Shown: piece by piece, positions 60,706-64,000 of the stretch
Numbering within the stretch: position 1 is the stretch's first letter
How the letters are laid out: every line of letters starts with the position of its first letter
Source of the DNA: Trichosphaerium sp. ATCC 40318
Lineage: Eukaryota; Protista; Tubulinea
Length of the DNA: 64,000 bases
NCBI GenBank assembly: GCA_038496445.1
Contig: JALMLS010000103.1
Span: 62,001 to 126,000 of the forward strand
Direction of reading: 5' to 3'
Program-made: the position numbers and the translations under genes
Notes under the pieces: model-generated
What the model was told of the DNA's origin: nothing
The model's database searches: none
What the model saw: the letters and a program-made list of their open reading frames with translations, nothing else

Positions 60706-62142
60706 CTATTTTGCAATATCAAGTAGAAACGCCATACTAATTCTTTCAGTCCCAGGTGGCATTATCTGTATGATAATAGGTTAATAAGTCAGTATTAATA
60801 AAAAGAGTTCATACCACACGATGAGGTGTTGCATTGAAATCTCTTGATCCTGTGAATAAAGGCATTTTTTCTCCCATGTAAACAAATACATCACCAACAG
60901 CACATAGTTTTTCAGCTTGTATATACTTTTTCTCTACTTTATCCCAAATCTCAAGTGAGGGTACTCTAGTACGTAAAAGAAACGTCAAAAGACCGGTATC
61001 TAAAAACCAATGTCAAGAACGAAACAAAATATGAAAACAACAAAAAAAAATGCTTGAAAATCATTTTAACTTCCTTCCTCGCTTAAAACAATATCTTGAA
61101 TCTTAAAACACTATTCAACGTATCACAAGACATGTAAGTGAGTACATATTATGATATTTGGGCTGAAAGTATAAAGACACGTTTATTTTTAACGGCTCGT
61201 TAAAAGGTTCATTGAATAGTAAAAAAAGTTCAAATACATTTTGTTCTTACCTTTATGTGTTGTACAAACATCTGCCTCTGTGGTTTGAGAAAAATAATGT
61301 ATCATAGATACTAAAAACAAAAAAAGTAAGTAAACAATCAACACATTGAAGAAAATCAATGAGAGGACTTACCCGAACTCTTCGAAAATGCGAATTCTCT
61401 AACAGCATCAATTGTGTTTGGATCAAGTAATGGTTTTGTATTTCCCTTTGTTTAGCGTCTATGAGCACAATGCATACTTGAGAATCACTTTAGACGTACC
61501 TCTGTAGTATCTATATGTGATGCTAGCGTAATAAAGCACGCCCAAGCGAGTTTTGAATAATGATCGTACATTTCTTCATAAGCCTTCTTAAAACACGTCG
61601 GATACTTAGGCCATAGAGGTTCTACGTCGTTTGGGCGCAACTATGAGCCGTTTTATTACTGTTTTTCAAATAAAAAGTTTGAACGTTTTGCTTTTTTTTT
61701 ACCTTTATATACTCTCTTGTGCCTTTAACGTGTACGTATCCTAGGTTAGCACGCATTCCCAAGTTTGACACTTGGTTTTTATCTTTAGTTTCCATGTCTT
61801 GCGTGAAGTAGTCTTTTGCAGCGTTTTCTAGTATTTCCGCGGCGTTTATGGCGTGTGGCGGTGCCTAAAAACGCTTTAGTTTCAAGATAATATTTATAAC
61901 GTCTGACGTTAACGTACTGTTACGACAACGTATCCTCGCTTCTTCATTAGCTGAAAATACAATTCTTGGGTCTCTTTATCGTTTTCTATCAACTTGGCGC
62001 CGCTTACTTTAACTAGAGGCTCCGAGAGCGTTGTAGTGCCTTTGTGTTTGTCCAGATCGCTTTTATCTCCGGTTGGCGTTGCTTGTACGACAACAGAGCT
62101 AGTTTCTTTGTCCTTATTCCAAAAACTACGTATCCACTCCAT
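60706..62142 (-). CDS. 2-oxoglutarate/Fe(II) dioxygenase (IPNS-like)
   Basis: Spliced HKDTGLLTFL (HxD), ATPHRV (His), ERISMAF (RxS). Confidence 0.88.
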
Positions 62143-62511
62143 TGCTGTTATATTTAACTGATTTCACGGTGTATGGTTTAGCCTAAAACGATGAAAGGTT
62201 TTGACTATTATTTCCAGACGTTACTTCTGCAATTATACCTGAACTTATGCCTGAACTTGAGAAGCTAAGGAATCACACGTTTGCACTTATAATTTAACCT
62301 TTCTTGTAGAGCACTAACGTTAGAACTAAATGCTATTTATGGAACATTTGCCACGTGTTATAGACTATTTGACAAGGAGCATGCCACATCATGGCTTCGT
62401 TTGGAGTGCGTAGAGGTGCAATGGTGTTTATTATGACAAATTTCTTTGGAACACGTGACATATAAGTGTTATCAATTAAGTCAATTTTCTATCGTTAACT
62501 TCAGTGACAAC

Positions 62512-64000
62512 ATGTATCGCTTTGGTTTGCTTTTAATTATCGCTTGTTTCATTTTTACAACGAGAGGTACGCTACGAACTTGACAAACGGTTATTGTATT
62601 TATAATACAGTTAATACGATACAGGAATACCAGTAGAAAGTAGGGCTAACAGTACAGCTGAGAGTTACATCGTTACTTTCAAAGACAATGTCAAAAAAAT
62701 CCAAAGCACGTGATTGTTTGCGGCACCCTTTGTTTGAACTAATTGAGTGTAAAAGGAAATGAAATAATGGAAAACCTTGCCGAAAGTATTAGGTGGAGGT
62801 ATACGAAGGTATTCCAAGGGTTTGCTGCATCACTAGACGAAAGGTAGAAAACCAATCCCACTTTTCGTTCTTAAATGTTTGGGTTAGCCAAGTCCAAATG
62901 TTGTCAAAAAATAGTGCTATCGAGTCCTTAGAAAGAGATGGTTTTGTTAAAGCTATGGGCATAGATGGTTGTGTTGACTATCCGAATGCTGGTGACAATT
63001 CTTGGGGTACGACTTTTAATGTCATGTTGTGGTTTGATTTTTGGAGTTTATTGTATTTCAAGGACTTGGAAGGGTGTCTTCCCTCTCTTGCGATGATAAA
63101 TCACCGCGTTTAACAATACCAGATGCCGAGGGAGAAGGTGTTATAGCTTACGTATTTGACACGTGCGTGCAAAGCTAAAACAATAAGCGGTTTTTTAGAG
63201 CTTTTTTCTGACTTTTAGTTCAGTGGTATCAGAGCAACACACAACGATTTTACTGGGCGTGTAGAATTTCCATACAGACCTTCTGTCAATTGTTACACAG
63301 CATTCAACGATGAACATGTTTGTGTTAGTATTTCGAAGGATTTTTTTAATAGAATGAAAAACGAGTTTAAACTAAAAGTGCTTTATTGTAGGGTGATTGC
63401 AATGGTCATGGTACTTTCATGGCAAGTGTAATAGGTGGAAAAGATTACGGAATTGCCAAAAAAGCAACTTTGGTATCAGTTAGAGTACGAGAGATTGACT
63501 ATAGCTATTTTATCTTTGAAGATTTACGTCCTCTTTTGCCTTAGGTGTTGTCATGCTTTGGCTCTGGCTCTACTAGCAATATTATTGCTGGTATAGAGTG
63601 GGTAGAAGATCATTGTAAAAATAGCGGAAAGAAGTGTGTAATTGGGTAACGTTGCATAAAAAATAATTCGCTCGTGTTGTTAACCCTTGTATTGTAGTAT
63701 GGCGATTGGAGGTAGTGCCAACACTGCCATTGATAATGCTGTAAATCATGCTAGATCTAGGGGCATATTCGTGAGTGTTGCCTCTGGAAACAGTGGATCT
63801 GATGCTTGCGACTGTGCGTTTTCTGCCGCTTGTAGTTTTTAGTTGTATTGACTATCTTTGTAGTTTCGCCTGCAAGAGCAGAAGGTGCTTTCACCGTCAG
63901 CAGTATTGACATTGTACGTTAACACAATTAATTATAATGTTAAGTTCATACAGAAAGGATGTAACGCTCTTTGTAGAACGATGAACGTGTTGCAAGCTAT
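62512..64000 (+). CDS. Secreted subtilisin (S8A, proteinase K-like) with I9 propeptide; runs off the window end
   Basis: Signal peptide; YIVTFKD..YTKVFQGFAASL (I9); AYVFDTG, DCNGHGT, YGIAKKATLVSVRVL, SGNSGSDAC. Confidence 0.93.

Noticed and set aside
1-64000. Alternative genetic code or widespread stop readthrough to explain the fragmented ORF track
   Set aside because: Stops in conserved genes (tubulin, Rac, SDR, 14-3-3, kinase) fall inside GT-AG or GC-AG introns, and genes end in TAA, TAG and TGA normally.

Overview
AT-rich (roughly 35% GC by eye), gene-dense eukaryotic nuclear DNA with many short spliceosomal introns (about 45-100 bp, donors mostly GTACGT/GTAAGT/GTATGT). The Roco kinase, C2-arrestin, divergent alpha-tubulin and coronin suggest an amoebozoan-type protist (inference). 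Ordinary genes: coronin-like, SAPS/SIT4-associated protein, C2-arrestin, SDR dehydrogenase, alpha-tubulin, LRR-Roc-COR-kinase-WD40 Roco protein, a multi-pass membrane protein, 2OG-Fe(II) oxygenase and a subtilisin. Among them (about 8.7-38.8 kb and 57-60 kb) is a rapidly duplicating accessory region with nine F-box or F-box-like genes/pseudogenes: 2 F-box-MORN, 3 F-box-LRR, 3 F-box-Ras and 1 F-box-unknown. It also holds two Rac paralogues with Pro at the catalytic Gln61, two divergent 14-3-3 paralogues, a tandem tRNA pair and several MITEs. Best candidate for an undescribed system: the triplicated F-box-Ras fusion, which has Cys in place of the Walker-A Lys, no CAAX box, and a switch II/helix 3 surface that varies strongly between copies while the F-box and several introns are nearly identical. 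It may be a decoy GTPase that delivers bound partners to SCF ubiquitin ligase. All gene models were spliced by eye, so ends are approximate where stated and no database searches were run.
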